A stretch of 64,000 nt of DNA from Octopus sinensis (lineage: Eukaryota): the NCBI RefSeq assembly GCF_006345805.1, contig NC_043005.1, forward strand, positions 16,740,001 to 16,804,000, read 5' to 3'. A model generated the notes under the pieces. That model had not been told where the DNA came from. It worked only from the letters and a program-made list of their open reading frames with translations, and ran no database searches. Made by a program: the position numbers and the translations under genes. Positions 35,781-48,904 of this stretch are shown here, piece by piece; within the stretch, counting starts at the first letter, position 1; each line of letters opens with the position of its first letter.

Positions 35781-36916
35781 GGACGGAGTGGGACAGTGTA
35801 GTGGTTAGAGTCTATGTATTGTGTTTACGTATATGTGACTGAGTATATATATATATATATTTATATGTGTGTGTGTGTGTTTATAGTAGCGCTTGTACTA
35901 CTAGTAAATTGTCGGGTGGAAGTAGAGGGGGGGACAGTAAATGAAGATTTAGTATGTGTATGTATATATGTATATATCTGTGTATCTTTGGGTGTCTTAA
36001 GTAATAGTAATAGCAGTAGTATTAACTGTCGTATTACTAGTAGTTTTAGTCATAGAAATAGTAATAAGACAAGGGGTGGGAGAAAGGAAGGCTTAGATAT
36101 TGACTGATACTTCCCTCCCCCACAACACTTCTGTCTTTAAACTTCTTTTCCACGACTGCTGCTACCCTCACTCTACTTCTTCTGCCTCTATCCCCCCCTT
36201 CTTTCACCATCACTCAATCTATATCACCGTTACCACTCACTATAATCACTACTACCTCCACCACCACCATCACTATTACTACTACTGCGATTACCACCGT
36301 CTGCACGACATCAAACGTTCCTTCTACGTGGTTGCTCCCATTCGCCAGAAACAGCAGCCAAACTCTCTCTCTTAAAATAAACACCCAAGCGTTTTAGGAA
36401 AGGATATGTTGGACGAATAATGTGGTCCTCGGTTCTTTTTGCACATAAGAAAAATACAGGATGGTCGCGACTGGAATGCTTTTGATTAAAAGTCTGCTCG
36501 GTTAGGTTTGACCTGGGGCTATAAACAACAGTACATCGCCGTCTCTTTAGTGCCATCCTTCTTCTTTACTACAGCATCACCACAACAATCACCATCATCA
36601 GCATTAGTGGTGCTTCTAAGTTTTAATAAAATTTCCCACCAAGTGTTAATACTACTATCTGCGCCTTTAATTAGTATTTGGTTGGCAAAGGCGACAGTAA
36701 CCAACAAGAACGATACAAACAGCTTTCGAAGGCAAAGCTAAGTATGTATGTATATCAATGAATAAACAAACTTATATAAGTTATATATTTTTATTAGTAA
36801 AATTGTTGTTAGTGGATATATCTGAATTCTGTTAAGGGTATTTTTACTACCCGACTTAATGGGTAGCTTGGAAACAAGGAAATCGAGTGAGAAAAACGAC
36901 AAATACATACACACAC

Positions 36917-36963
<47 letters not shown>

Positions 36964-37822
36964 AGCAGGCTATATTAGAGTGAACGATTGAAAGATTAAG
37001 AAAAAGAGGGGTACTCAACCGGTGCTCTTTCTCTCTCTCTTTTTCTTACCCTCTCTGAAAAGAGGCGGAGGATGAGGAAGTGAGAGATAACATTAATCTT
37101 CACAATCATTACCACCCCCTCACTCATTGCTGTTGCTTCTTTCTTCCTTAACTCATTCCTCTACTCCTACAGTTGCCCCCTCACCTGTTTGGTTCTCTTT
37201 GTTTCTCTTTCCTTCTCTCTCTCTCCTTCCCTACTGCTGGAATGGTGACTGACGAAGGAGGCATACACATACTCTCATGCGCACACATATTTATTATACA
37301 GCTCCACTGTTTTACTATACTTTCAAAACATTGTCAAGTGTCGGTGTCTTGAGAAGAAAACACTAAGACAGGGTAGAAGAGGACAGTGGGTGACAGCGAA
37401 AGAGATTCCTTAGTGAGGGAGAGAGAGGCGACTTAAAACAAGTATAGATAAAACGGGTGGGTTACAGAGGGGTTAGGTGAATAGTTTCACCCCTTACTTC
37501 TACCCGTAAGTCCTTTTCATCACTAACTTTTTCAGTTCTTAAAGAGCATGCAACAAGTTTTTAGTTTACATTTCGGATATCCGTTTTTCTGCAACTACTT
37601 TGGATGAACCCCAGAATTACTTAATGTTTGTTTGAGCGAAATACATTTGATATATTATCATATACACACTCATTCACATATTTCTGGCTGTTTGGAATTA
37701 TTTTTTACTCGTGTTATTTAGAAAGTTTAATCTCATTCTAACTAGTGTCTCTGTATTTATCTCTCACCCTCTCATTTTCTCTGTACCCTTCTTTGGCCCA
37801 TATTCGGAAGGCGATGTTTTAG

Positions 37823-37837
37823 GAATGCCATCCCGTC
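37823..37837 (+). other. Probable 5' part of the exon containing the start codon
   Basis: Pyrimidine-rich 37750-37800 and TTTTAG|GAATGCC; in-frame TAG at 37820-37822 unless spliced here. Confidence 0.4.
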
Positions 37838-37945
37838 ATGACGAAATATCGTCCCGATGACGACGAATTCCGTCGTTTAGTTCAATTGATAACTCAATGG
37901 AATGATGACCATTATGACATTTTTGAGATTGCTCAACCCAACGAG
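37838..37945 (+). CDS. First coding exon of an afadin/AF-6/Canoe-like Ras-association protein (36 aa)
   Basis: MTKYRPDDDEFRRLVQLITQWNDDHYDIFEIAQPNE resembles the afadin N-terminus (recalled as ERRKLADIIHHWNANRLDLFEISQPTE); perfect phase-0 donor GAG|GTAAGT. The next exon (xLEFHGVMRF-like) was not found in the window. Orthologue versus paralogue is unresolved, so no symbol. Confidence 0.7.
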
Positions 37946-38336
37946 GTAAGTGTCCTCTTATCTATTTATTCAAGCTTTATATCTTCATTTCAGCCCCCTT
38001 TACTCGTGAAAAATAACCATGCCATATTCTTCATTATTTTGTTGTTTTTGTCCCCCCCCTATCACTTGTCTTTGAAGAAGGAAGAGAGTTTTCTAACTTT
38101 TGATAAAATTTGCCTTTAAAAATATCGATACGTAACCCTCATTTTCGTCCTACACCAAATGTCTTAAATATATAGCTATATCTTTGTTTTTCTTCGTTTA
38201 CCAACTCGTTTTTAATGCAAGAAAAACAACCAGTAAATTTGAGAGAAAAATTAAAATAACATTTTAAAGCCTTCTGGCTGGGTCTAGCTTTGAAGTTTGA
38301 AATTACAATCTACCCTATACCCCACCTCGCTAAACA

Positions 38337-39709
38337 CACCTGGGGAATTAAGCTTTAATCTCAAACAAAATATTTGGCTTGGGTTAATTAAAAAAAAAAG
38401 ACATTTGTTCTATTAATTAAATTAATAAACTTGATAAAAGAAGGAAAAGGGTTTAATTTAATTACTCATTCGTCTGTCCTCCTCCTCTTCCTGTCTCAGG
38501 TAAGGACAGTATATATATAATAAATATATAAATAAAGTCTTATCAACTTTTCAAGATGGCTGCCTGTATGTATCGTTAATTGCTTACCTGTCCCGCAACT
38601 TTTCAGGTAGCAATACAGCCACACCTACATCACACTTGACATTAGACTTTCCGATTACTGTCCTAGCCTATTTTTGAAATAACGGACCAACATACAAATA
38701 TTAACTGAATACCTTTTTGTTCCAGACAATCCCCTCCACCCTATCGCCCCCCTTTTTTGTTTTTCATTTAGTTTTACCTGGCCGAATAATTTAATACACC
38801 TGAGTGTTTTACCTGTTGGGATACTGGTTATTAGTTACTGTTGATGGTAATCTTATATTCTGGTTCAAATTCCAAAATAAAAATAAAAACATTTTTGTAA
38901 ACAGTGTGACTTCCCACAATGTTTCAGACTCGACGTCTATTTACTTTAATTTCACCTGTACATTACACCTGTCCACCACTCCTTCGCTTGGAGATATTTA
39001 TTTAACCCCCGCACGCTGACACACAGTTGCTTCCCTCATTTAGGAAAGACATTTAATCCGCTGATAGCAAATTTAAGGAAAGAAAAATAGTTACGTTTAT
39101 ATTTTGCATTATAATTAAAAAAAATTGCACACACATACACACCTCTACAGTCAAGGAGTAAAATTTACAATATATTTACGAACAAATATGTATCAAGGAA
39201 TCTACTGTACAAGCATTTTTTAATTGCTAATGTTGACATAAGTGCTTTTTAAATAGTTTCATTAATCAATAATACACGGGGGATAAGTAATTAGGTTCCC
39301 TGTGTCATTTGACTGATTAAATTCGTTCGCTGACATAGTTTTGAATGTTTTCAGTTGGTTACAAATATCCCATCACCCCACTCTTCGCTAAATCCATTAA
39401 GCAAACAGGTAAAAAAAAAAAAAACGTTTTCAGGTGTGCAACAATTATTGTTATAAAATTTGTTGTCGTTCAAAACTACAGATACGTATTTTTTATATGT
39501 TCTGCATATAATTGTATATATATATATATAAACATATTATGTATGTGTTAGACAAAAAAGAATTAGGTCAGGTTTGTCGTTAAAACTTATTTTACTGTTG
39601 GGATCATATTGATTAGCTCCGCCTCCTGTCAGGTTGACATCGCTACGTCTCTCTCTCTCTCTCTCCCCTCCCTTCGTTTCTTTAACAACGCACTGATTTA
39701 ATTTACCTG
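38337..39709. promoter_or_regulatory. Cluster of 12 CAGGTA/CAGGTG motifs (ZEB/Snail-type boxes), candidate intronic enhancer or silencer
   Basis: Sites on both strands at 38337, 38497, 38585, 38604, 38775, 38797, 38810, 38953, 38966, 39406, 39431, 39704. Confidence 0.55.
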
Positions 39710-39909
39710 GCCCATCATTAAAAGGACGGCGTGCTTTTGTTCTCTCGTCCAACCAGCTTCGAAATTCTGTTTGTGAAACCATAGGACAAGCAATCAGTCC
39801 GTGACAAGCCGCAACAACCCCCACTTTTAATGATATTTGTAATGAATTCCTTTCTTCAAACGTAATAAATTGATCCACTTAGTTTGTACCTATCCTTAAA
39901 TTGAACTTA

Positions 39910-40005
39910 AGCTTAATGTATATTTCGTGCAGTCCTAGAGGTATGATGCGTAAACATAGCTTAATGTATATTTCGTGCAGTCCTAGAGGTATGATGCGTA
40001 AACAT
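39910..40005. repeat. Perfect 48-bp tandem duplication
   Basis: AGCTTAATGTATATTTCGTGCAGTCCTAGAGGTATGATGCGTAAACAT twice. Confidence 0.95.
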
Positions 40006-40029
40006 GTTCTGTACTCGACAATCTGTCTC

Positions 40030-40073
<44 letters not shown>

Positions 40074-42426
40074 ACTATAGGGTATTTTAAAGAATTTTAA
40101 TAACATTTACTGATGAGTTGGGCAGCCCTGGACTAAAACGGCAAATTTGTTATAGAATTACTTCGTCAGGCAGAACTTGAGTCATTCAAATCGAATTATA
40201 TAACTTCCTGGTCATTATGCTCTAAACACGTTTCCAATTTTATGCAGGTAAAAAAAAAACAAACAAACCTTTGTTTACGAATACTTCAATTTGGCTTTTT
40301 CTATTAACTTACATTTATATGGCCTGTCTGGAAACCTCTCAACATTGCATAAATTTTCAAATCGTGCCCACCCTGTCGATTAAATTAGCCCACGGCTATT
40401 TGGCTCATCTCCACTCCTTAAAATGGAATTATATTTCCATTGTTGGAAAAACTCTCTGCTCATTATCAAGAATGTCTCTCTGGACGTGTGTTGGGGCACT
40501 GACTTGTTGACTTTCCTACGTCAGGTTTGACCCGAGTTTCTATACGGTTGTTCGACCTGCTAGAAATAACAGCCAAGTTTTCTTCACTCACATTCTGTTG
40601 CCTTAGAAAAAGAGTGATGTGTTGGGTATTGTAGCCGTCTTTATAACAAAGCAGTTATAGCTAGGACGCTTTTGGTCATAGATATACTCACTCAGTCAAG
40701 GTTGACTTTTCGGTCAAACATTTATTTTGTTGATAGAATTTTGACAAGCTCATTCCTCTCTGACGAATGAGGAAACGAGGTTGAATGAAAAAAAAGAAAA
40801 AGAAAAGAAAAACAACAAATAATCCAGGCTATAGAAACGCTGTCAAAATTCTACCTCAGTAGGAACTGAAGATAACAAGAGTTGTTTTACGGTGGGTGGT
40901 GGTTGTAGCGGGTTTGAAGATAAGTGCTGGCTTGTGGTGGCGGTGGTGATGGTGGTTCTAAGGCGTGATGGATGGAGGTTGGGCGTTGAAGCAGTATTTA
41001 CAACAACACTACACTCTACAACTGGATCAAGTGTCTACTTGAAGCTATCGTGTTTCCTCATCCCCAGACCAGGATGATTTTGAACATAAACTTCCCAAAG
41101 CAATTTATATCTATCAGATTGGTAAATCTCTGTGCTTATAGCAGGGGATGTAACACAAACAAATCCTAACACCCAGTTTTCGACATTTGATAACCGCTAA
41201 TGCTGGAGTTTTACACTGGAACAACACCATACAGTGGAATCAACAAGGGCATGTATATTTGCTTACCAATTCCTGAGGGATGAAAGACAAAAGCATTATA
41301 TATTGTCGAGGGAATCGATATCCACCAAAAAATGCTTGAATATTTTCTTTTAGTCAACCTTGGTGGCATTTTAATTCACGGACCCAGCAAGGCTTAAATG
41401 TGAAAAAAAAAAAGGTTCGTGTTGCAAATACTAGGTCCCAAGTTCGGTCCCACTGCGTGACATCTTGAGAACGTGTCATCGTGTCTTTTATTAAAAACCT
41501 TTTAGGATGATATCGAGTGGACAAACTGGTAGTCTGTCGGAAGCATTGTACCAGTTGAGTTGTGTAGCTAGGTGGCAGTGTAGGGGCGAGGGTTTGGTCC
41601 ACTCCGGGCACCATCATCATTATTGTTCGACCGTGGTCGAGACAATGGAATTTACTATGCTACGCCAGACTTCACGGTCTATCATGGCATTACGGAGGTC
41701 CTGTTGCTGGATGCCTGTATCCCTGGAGATTACATCAGGGTAGGAGAGTGTGCGTCCTCTGGTATTGCGAGTAGATGGCTTCCAGAGGAGAAGAGTAGAA
41801 ATTGCCTCCGAGCAACACTTTCGGGGCCTACATTGTAAATAAGCCTGTAATAGGCTGTATTGCCTGGGGAGGGGCGAAAATTCAAGGAGGCTTCCTCGTA
41901 CGGCTCACAGTATAGGTAACGGCCATTAGATTGTACCTGTAATTTAAAAGTTTATCATGATGATTTTGAGGATTACGTTAATGGTTACGTACTTCAAGAA
42001 TAGTCAATTGCACGCTAATTCAGTTGATTGGACAACTGAATCTTCATCGTCGAAACCGATGGAGGATCACTTATTTAAACTCGTGACATAGACAGTCATG
42101 TCGTCGCTCTATTATTTTCCTAATTGCACCGTCCTTTTATAACAAGGATAATAAACACGCAAGGTAACCTATTTTCTTTAAACCGTCTGACAGTGCGAAA
42201 AAGACTTAATCTGGCTGTCATCTTATTTACCTGTTTACTCTCTGTGCTTTTTTCTTAAACAGTCCTTTGTCTGACTGACACACATTACCTCAGTTATCTT
42301 CAGGTTTCGCCAGGTCCTTCTCAGGCTGATTGATAAATACTAATTACGTAACTGAGATTGATAAAATCGACTTCAGTTTATTTGCCCATGTCCCTGTTTA
42401 AGAAAACTATATTAATATTATGATGA

Positions 42427-42640
42427 AGGCGTCGAGCTGGTAGAATTGTTTGCGCGTCAGACAAAAACGCATAGCTATTTCGTCCCTCTTTACGTTCAGA
42501 GTTCAAATTCACCAAGGTCCACTTTGGCTTTTATCCTTTCGGGTTCGATCAAATAAGTACCTTTGACCTCTGGAGACGATATAATTGATTAACCCATCTC
42601 AACATTCCTTGCCCCGTACCAAATTTTTTCTCCTTGTTGG
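42427..42640 (+). mobile_element. SINE family C, old diverged copy
   Basis: AAGGCGTCGAGCTGGTAGAATTG head, GAGTTCAAATTC, TTTTATCCTTTCGGGTTCGATC. Confidence 0.75.
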
Positions 42641-44046
42641 TTCAAATAAGTATCGGTCAAATACTACTGTTATATTGTTTACATCACATACCTTAAATTT
42701 TGAGACATTATCTCCGCTAGAATTTATTTTTACAACATATCCAAAGTGCCTTGGATGTTCACTTGGTTTTCCGTTAGATTTTGAGTTCAAACCGTATCAA
42801 GTTAAGCAATGTTTTTCGTTCTTCTTGGATCCGGTTAAATACATCAACTGATCCTTTCTTACCAAATCGTAATTATAGGGATTGATTCGTAGAAAGAGTA
42901 AAGAGTGTGACTAAAAAATAGTCTTGCACTATTTTTACTCGTCTTGATATTTTGATTTTAATGAAATCAATTTTAACTTTTCATCCTCCTTTGATGTCAG
43001 TCGATTTAATATGTACCTCGTACTTTTTTAGTTCTGCATCAGTTTTTCACTGAGTTTGTAAGAGCAAGATTTTTCTAAGGCCCAGGCAGCAATAAATGGT
43101 TGGTTATCTTGTGATAGTTCCAATTCTTTTTGTGAGTAGAACTTTGAAATAGGGATGGAGTTTAGCAGGCGATTGTTACCAAGAGCCAACGATGAAAGGA
43201 ACCTCTCTGTCCATCATGAGTAAATTGCGGTTCGCGGGACTTTCTAAAAGGCACGCCAACGAAAAATTGTCTTGAATAATTTTATTTGTACGGCCTGTTT
43301 CTCGAAAAAGTTTGCACTCTTGGTTCATATTGTCGCTCGATCTGCTAGAAATAGCACCCAAGTTTTCAAATGGAGCCCTGTTACCTTAAAAGAGGAAGCG
43401 CACATCGAACAGTTTAATTAGATATACAAAAGACGGGATAGTCATGATTGGAATGCTTTTTATTGTAGGCTTGTTCAGTCAATATGATTGATTGATGACA
43501 CATGAAAGGGCTATTCCAACAGGTGAAAGTCTTGTCACACCCACTAAAGCTATTATTCATTTTTTAGAGCGTGGGTTGTGTTAGTCAACAAACCCACACT
43601 TTTCTTTTCAGAATCGCCTATAAATGACTGGACAAAAACAACTTGTTGCTCCGTTGTACTGAATGATATATTCATTTACTGGTTTCAGGACATTGGTCTG
43701 CGGTCGTTATAGCATTGCCTTGTGGATTATCTTTAGGTTGGTCATAACGGACCTCTTTATTTTATCGAACTACGTAAAAACGTAAACTAGAAGCATCTAT
43801 TTACATCAGTATAAAAACAAACATACATATAAATCACTTGATGGACCTCTGCACGTTTTCTACGGATTTTACTCACATAATTCGTATTGGGTAACCCAAA
43901 ACTACCTCTTACTGGGGGACCCGTGGAAAATTCACAATGTAAGTGTTCAGCTTTTAGGATAATTACTTGTGATGAACTGAATTTAAAATGAATACAGTGC
44001 TTATTCTGCTTTATCAATTAATAGATAAAACATCTACAAATGTTTA

Positions 44047-44428
44047 TCCCTCTCTATATAAACGGCAGTTTGTCTGTGCGTTTTCTGTGTGTCTGTTTTC
44101 TCGTACCCTCACTCTGACCACGGCTTTCAACCGATTCTGATGAAACTTGACACACACATAGCCCAATGTCATAATTCAAAACTAACGCAGCGAAAATTTT
44201 GAAAAGTTCCCCCGGTTCTGAAAAAAATCGATAAATTCGACATGGGGTCGAGAATCAGAAACCCAAACCACAGACCGTCTCGGGGACGCAACTCCACCTT
44301 TTTTAACTCTCAAAAAATTTACCATCATTTTTTTCCCATTTTTTTGCTATTTTTTGGCTATAACTCTCTAAAAATGCTTTATAGTTATTTCCCTTACAAA
44401 CCTGAGCAACGCCGGGCGATACTGCTAG
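44047..44428 (+). mobile_element. Non-autonomous Helitron D2
   Basis: A|TCCCTCTCTATATATAACGGCAG ... GCGATACTGCTAG|T. Confidence 0.85.
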
Positions 44429-44529
44429 TTTAACTATAAAATAATTTTTATTCGTGAACCGTTTACATTTCTATTCAAAAATTCAAGTGACCTGTTAGTA
44501 TTTAGCTGAATAGAAATAGTGAAAGTATC

Positions 44530-44753
44530 TATTTCTTTACTACCCACAACGGGCTAAACACAGAAGGGACAAACAAGGACAGACACACGGATTAAGTCGA
44601 TTACTTCGTCTCCAGTGCGTAACTGGTACTTATTTAATCGACCCCGAAAGGATGAAAGGCAAAGTCGACCTCGGCGGAATTTGAATTCAGAACGTAGCGG
44701 CAGACGAAATACTGTAAGCATTTCGCCCGGCGTGTTAACGATTCTGCCGCCTT
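44530..44753 (-). mobile_element. Young SINE family C with 16-bp TSD
   Basis: TSD AAATAGTGAAAGTATC at 44514-44529 and 44754-44769; CpGs intact. Confidence 0.9.
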
Positions 44754-45490
44754 AAATAGTGAAAGTATCATAAACAACCAAGTCGTGCTTTTGATGCACT
44801 CGACAGGAAGAAGGGGAAGGAGCGAATTTTTTAACCACATTGCTACATCTGGACTGTATTTGATGTTTTAATATTTATTGTAGTTTAAATCCATTCGCTT
44901 AGGAAGAATTGTAGGAATCGTCTTCCTTACTTGACTAGTACTTCATTTTATTTTCCGTTGAAGGATGGAAATCAATCTGACCTTGAACATAAAAGGGCCA
45001 TCATTAAAAATGCTACTTATATTTTGTCTGAAGTTCTAGAGATTCTACCAATGTAAACTGCAAAAATAGAGATAGCTGACGCTCTCTCTCTACATTAAAT
45101 ACAAAAAAAAAAAAAAAAAGAGATAGAGAACTGGAATATACTCTCAGTGGCAGAGTTTCGAATTAGGTACCCCATACTTTACGGAGACAATTTTTCTTAC
45201 GATTCTGAAAAGAAAAAAAAAATTACATTTCGCTCACTTCCTTCACTACTGTAATATTTTCATTTCCCATGAGCATGACATAGAATATCACGCCCGACAC
45301 CCAAACCGCTTTCGACAGCCAGCATTCTTTTGTCAACATTAGTGAAAGAGGTTCTTTGGTTCAATTTCCTCTACGTGTTTGCAACAGGAGAAACCTCTAC
45401 ATGGTTGCTCCACCTACACGAAATTGCTGTAAATTTCCATTAAATCATTCATTACCATGTTTAAAATATTTAAATCTGTTGCATATCACA

Positions 45491-45853
45491 TCTTTATATA
45501 TATAAAAGTGAAGTTGTGTCTGTCTCCTACGATTTAGATTCCTAACTACTCCCACATTTTGCGGTGCAGTTTAACCAAAACCGGGTATCTTATAGTCGTG
45601 ATTCATATCGAGCCCTTCTGGGTATTAGCGCGCGTCTACGATTTAAGAAAAAATTTACCATAATTTTTTTCCATTTTAATGCATTTTTTCGCTATTATAT
45701 AAGGGAAGTAAGTCTCTAAAAATGTCTACGATGAGTCAACGATTTAAAAAAAATTACCATCATTTTTTTGCTATTTTTTGGCTATAACTCTCTAAAAATG
45801 CTTATATAGTTAGTTCCCTTACAAACCCGAGCAACGCCGGGCGATACTGCTAG
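45491..45853 (+). mobile_element. Non-autonomous Helitron D1, CpG-intact
   Basis: A|TCTTTATATATAAAAGTGAAG ... CCCGAGCAACGCCGGGCGATACTGCTAG|T. Confidence 0.9.
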
Positions 45854-47279
45854 TTTGATATACTGGACGTCTGAAAAGGGCGGGAACATATTTTAGACCT
45901 TGGTTATGTATTATATTGCTTCATCACAATAAATGTGCTTGTTCGAGGACTAGTTTCGTTTAATTAAAATGTCTCATCGTTCTAAGCCGCAAAAGAAAAA
46001 ATGCAATTGGCATGTTAACACTTTTGATCATAAGCTCGGCTCATTGAGGGCCAACTTGTTACGCACACCGATAAATAAACTGGATGTTTGTGTAGGTATT
46101 CCTTACATATGCACTCTGAAATAATAATAAAAATGACCCCCAAAACTCCGAGATAAGGTTAAGATTGGGGTGAATATAAAACTTAGCTGGTAGAGTGAGG
46201 GTTAAGGTCATGATCGTTGTGTGTGTATATATGGCATTTGGCTCTGCAACTGTTATGTTTTCTTTTTAGTGCTGTGCGTTAATGTTCATGGCGTCCCCAA
46301 AATTAACAAATGCCGTTTGTATACAACTGTCAGCTTGTTTGTCTTTCTTTCTTAAATAATACATAAACACACTCGCTTTCTCTCGCTCTCTTACACACTT
46401 TTGAATCTCCGAGACCCATCATTTATGTTATGTAAATACTTTTGACATTCAAATAAAAAAAATCTGTAGAACTGAGAGAAAAAGCCTGGATGTGATCGTT
46501 TGAATTGCCTGAAATAGTAACCAAATCTGTCTCAAATATAGTATATCTAGGGGTTAAAATATATATATAAAAAAAAAGCTGGGGTTGTTACATCTAGAAG
46601 AGTCGTGATCATAAGTCTGTTTGATCAAGGTCCTATGATGAAACAAGCCATAACAGATTCTCAAACTGTATCTGTCGCCATGCATGAGGAGGAAGTGTGG
46701 GGTGGGTAACTTTACAAGACGTCCGTCTGTATAAAGATAGTATATAATGATACAGTGTACTTGTATCAGTGACCGTGTTTGATGTATAACGACATTCCTT
46801 AACTGTTTATAATAAAAATAATATACTCCGAGGAGACAAAAGTGAATTCAACATTTTTTGGTGCATATGTCTGTCTTGACACAATTTGGTGTTTTACACC
46901 ACTGGGGTGTCAGTATTTGAGATGCAACCCAACAGAATCAACCGCCTCCATTGTTGCTGCTGTCGCTTTTCATTGTAGCACTGAAATGACCTCCAGATTC
47001 GGCTTGTGATCTTGGGTAGCTCAATTACCAGAACCCCCTTGGCCTATTTATCGTGGGTCATAGGAGTACAAAGCTGTATGTTTGGAATCAGTCTGGCTGC
47101 AGGGGTTTCTGCAAGTGTATGGAACCGAACACAGGGCCATTTTAAGGACTCGACTCGGGCTTTATTAAAAGGGTTAATCTCTGACCGGTTCTGCAATATC
47201 TTGCTGAACAAGCTGCACAAATGATTCCTTTATAGTGACCAAAAATGTATGCGCCGAACATTAAACTCACTCCTATCAA

Positions 47280-47756
47280 ATCGACATTACGTTTGCTGCT
47301 GTACGCTGTACCACACGTTGGGTGTCGAAGTGATCGCAGATCAACGTGAGATGAAGTGTCTTGCTCAAGAACACAACGCACCACTCAGTTCAGGAATTGA
47401 AACTACGATCTCGTGATCGTGGGTACAACACCCTAACTACTAGGCCATGCTTAGTGGTTAGGGTATTAGGCTCGTGATCATAAGGCTGTGAGTTCGATTC
47501 CTGGTGGTGTATTGTGTCCTTGAGCAAGACACTTATTTTACTTTGTTCCAGTCCACTCAACTGGCAAGAATGAGTTGTACCTGTAATTTAAAGGGTCAGC
47601 CTTTACACATTCTGTGTCACGTTTGTCTCCCTCGGAAACTGTTAAGGGCATGCGTGTCTGCGGCATGCTTAACCACTTCCACGTTAATTTCATAAGCGGG
47701 CTGTTCCGTTGATCGGCTCAACTTGAACCGCTCGTCGTCGTAACCGACGGAGTGCA
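47280..47756. mobile_element. Head-to-head SINE pair: F-type (-) ~47280-47450 and F-head/E-tail chimera (+) ~47450-47756
   Basis: Both carry CTTGAGCAAGACAC; the + copy ends CGTCGTCGTAACCGACGGAGTGC like 12846. Confidence 0.75.
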
Positions 47757-48199
47757 ATAAGACTCCTTACCTTGACTCACAAGGCAAGTGAGGTTATTTG
47801 TCTCCGTAGCTGGGAATTTTTATCTCTGGATTGGAGGCTACTGTCAGCTTGAGCCAGTTGAGTCAGGCAGGGTCATTATGCCCTGATACAACGACTGAAG
47901 ACATTATCCACGGCTTAAGAATAGAACAGATGTTTGTTTCCAATAACAAATATGATTATATTACAATGTAATTATTATAAAAAACATTTCCCCATAACTA
48001 AATCTATTTACAAATGTGAGGAAAAGTATTCAATACATGTAGTTTAGTTCTTCATTCAGCGATGCTTTACTCGGGTGCTTTCCAAAGTAAGTGGTGGAAA
48101 ATGTTATAAGGGTACTAGGAACAAAAGGGTGGTATGAGAGTGATAGGTGCATCTGTACAATTTTAGTCTGTTTTTTTTTTTATTTAAATACTGGTTGCA

Positions 48200-48382
48200 A
48201 ATTTTCGCACAAGGCCAATAATTTCGGGGATGGTGCAAGTAGATTACATCGACACCAGTATTCAACTGGTATCAAACCCGAAAGGATGGTAGGCGAAACT
48301 TAAACTCAAAACGTAAAAACGGACGAAATGCCGCTCAACATTTTTTGCCCGGCGTGCTAACGATTCTGCCAGCTCGCCGCTT
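48200..48382 (-). mobile_element. SINE family C
   Basis: Reverse complement of GCGGCGAGCTGGCAGAATCGTTAGCACGCCGGGC head. Confidence 0.8.
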
Positions 48383-48839
48383 TTCCTATTTAGATATTAA
48401 CTTCTAAAAACATTTCGACTGTAATATTATGATAAATTGCTTGGTAACCATAATCAAAACAAGACAATAATGGCAATTACATCAACAATAAATATAATAG
48501 ACGCCGAAATGTGAACAAGTAAAAAAATAAAACAAAACCATATGTATACCACCTATGCATGTAGATTATTAGCAATAAATTAAAATATAATTTATGGAAG
48601 ACATTGTCAAAATTTATGGGTATTTCAATACATGCTATAAAGACGGCCTTTGTAGCTTTAGGTAATGTCTTGACCTGTGTGTCCTTTTGCAGTATATGGC
48701 AATTCTACATGTTTGAACGTTGTTGGCTCTAGCTATGAGTGTTGTCTGTTAATCCTATAAGCTATCCACGTGTATAAACATACATGTGTAAACTTGCACG
48801 TGGACAGAGAAATCAATATATGTGTGTGTTTGTGAATAT

Positions 48840-48904
<65 letters not shown>

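Noticed and set aside
37946-38119. Continuation of the 93-aa ORF past PNE
   Set aside because: Read-through into the intron after a perfect GTAAGT donor; low-complexity peptide.
40110-40145. CTGATGA-GTTGGGCAGCCCTGGAC-TAAAACGG hammerhead-like string
   Set aside because: No GAAA, no NUH, no stem I; compatible with chance.
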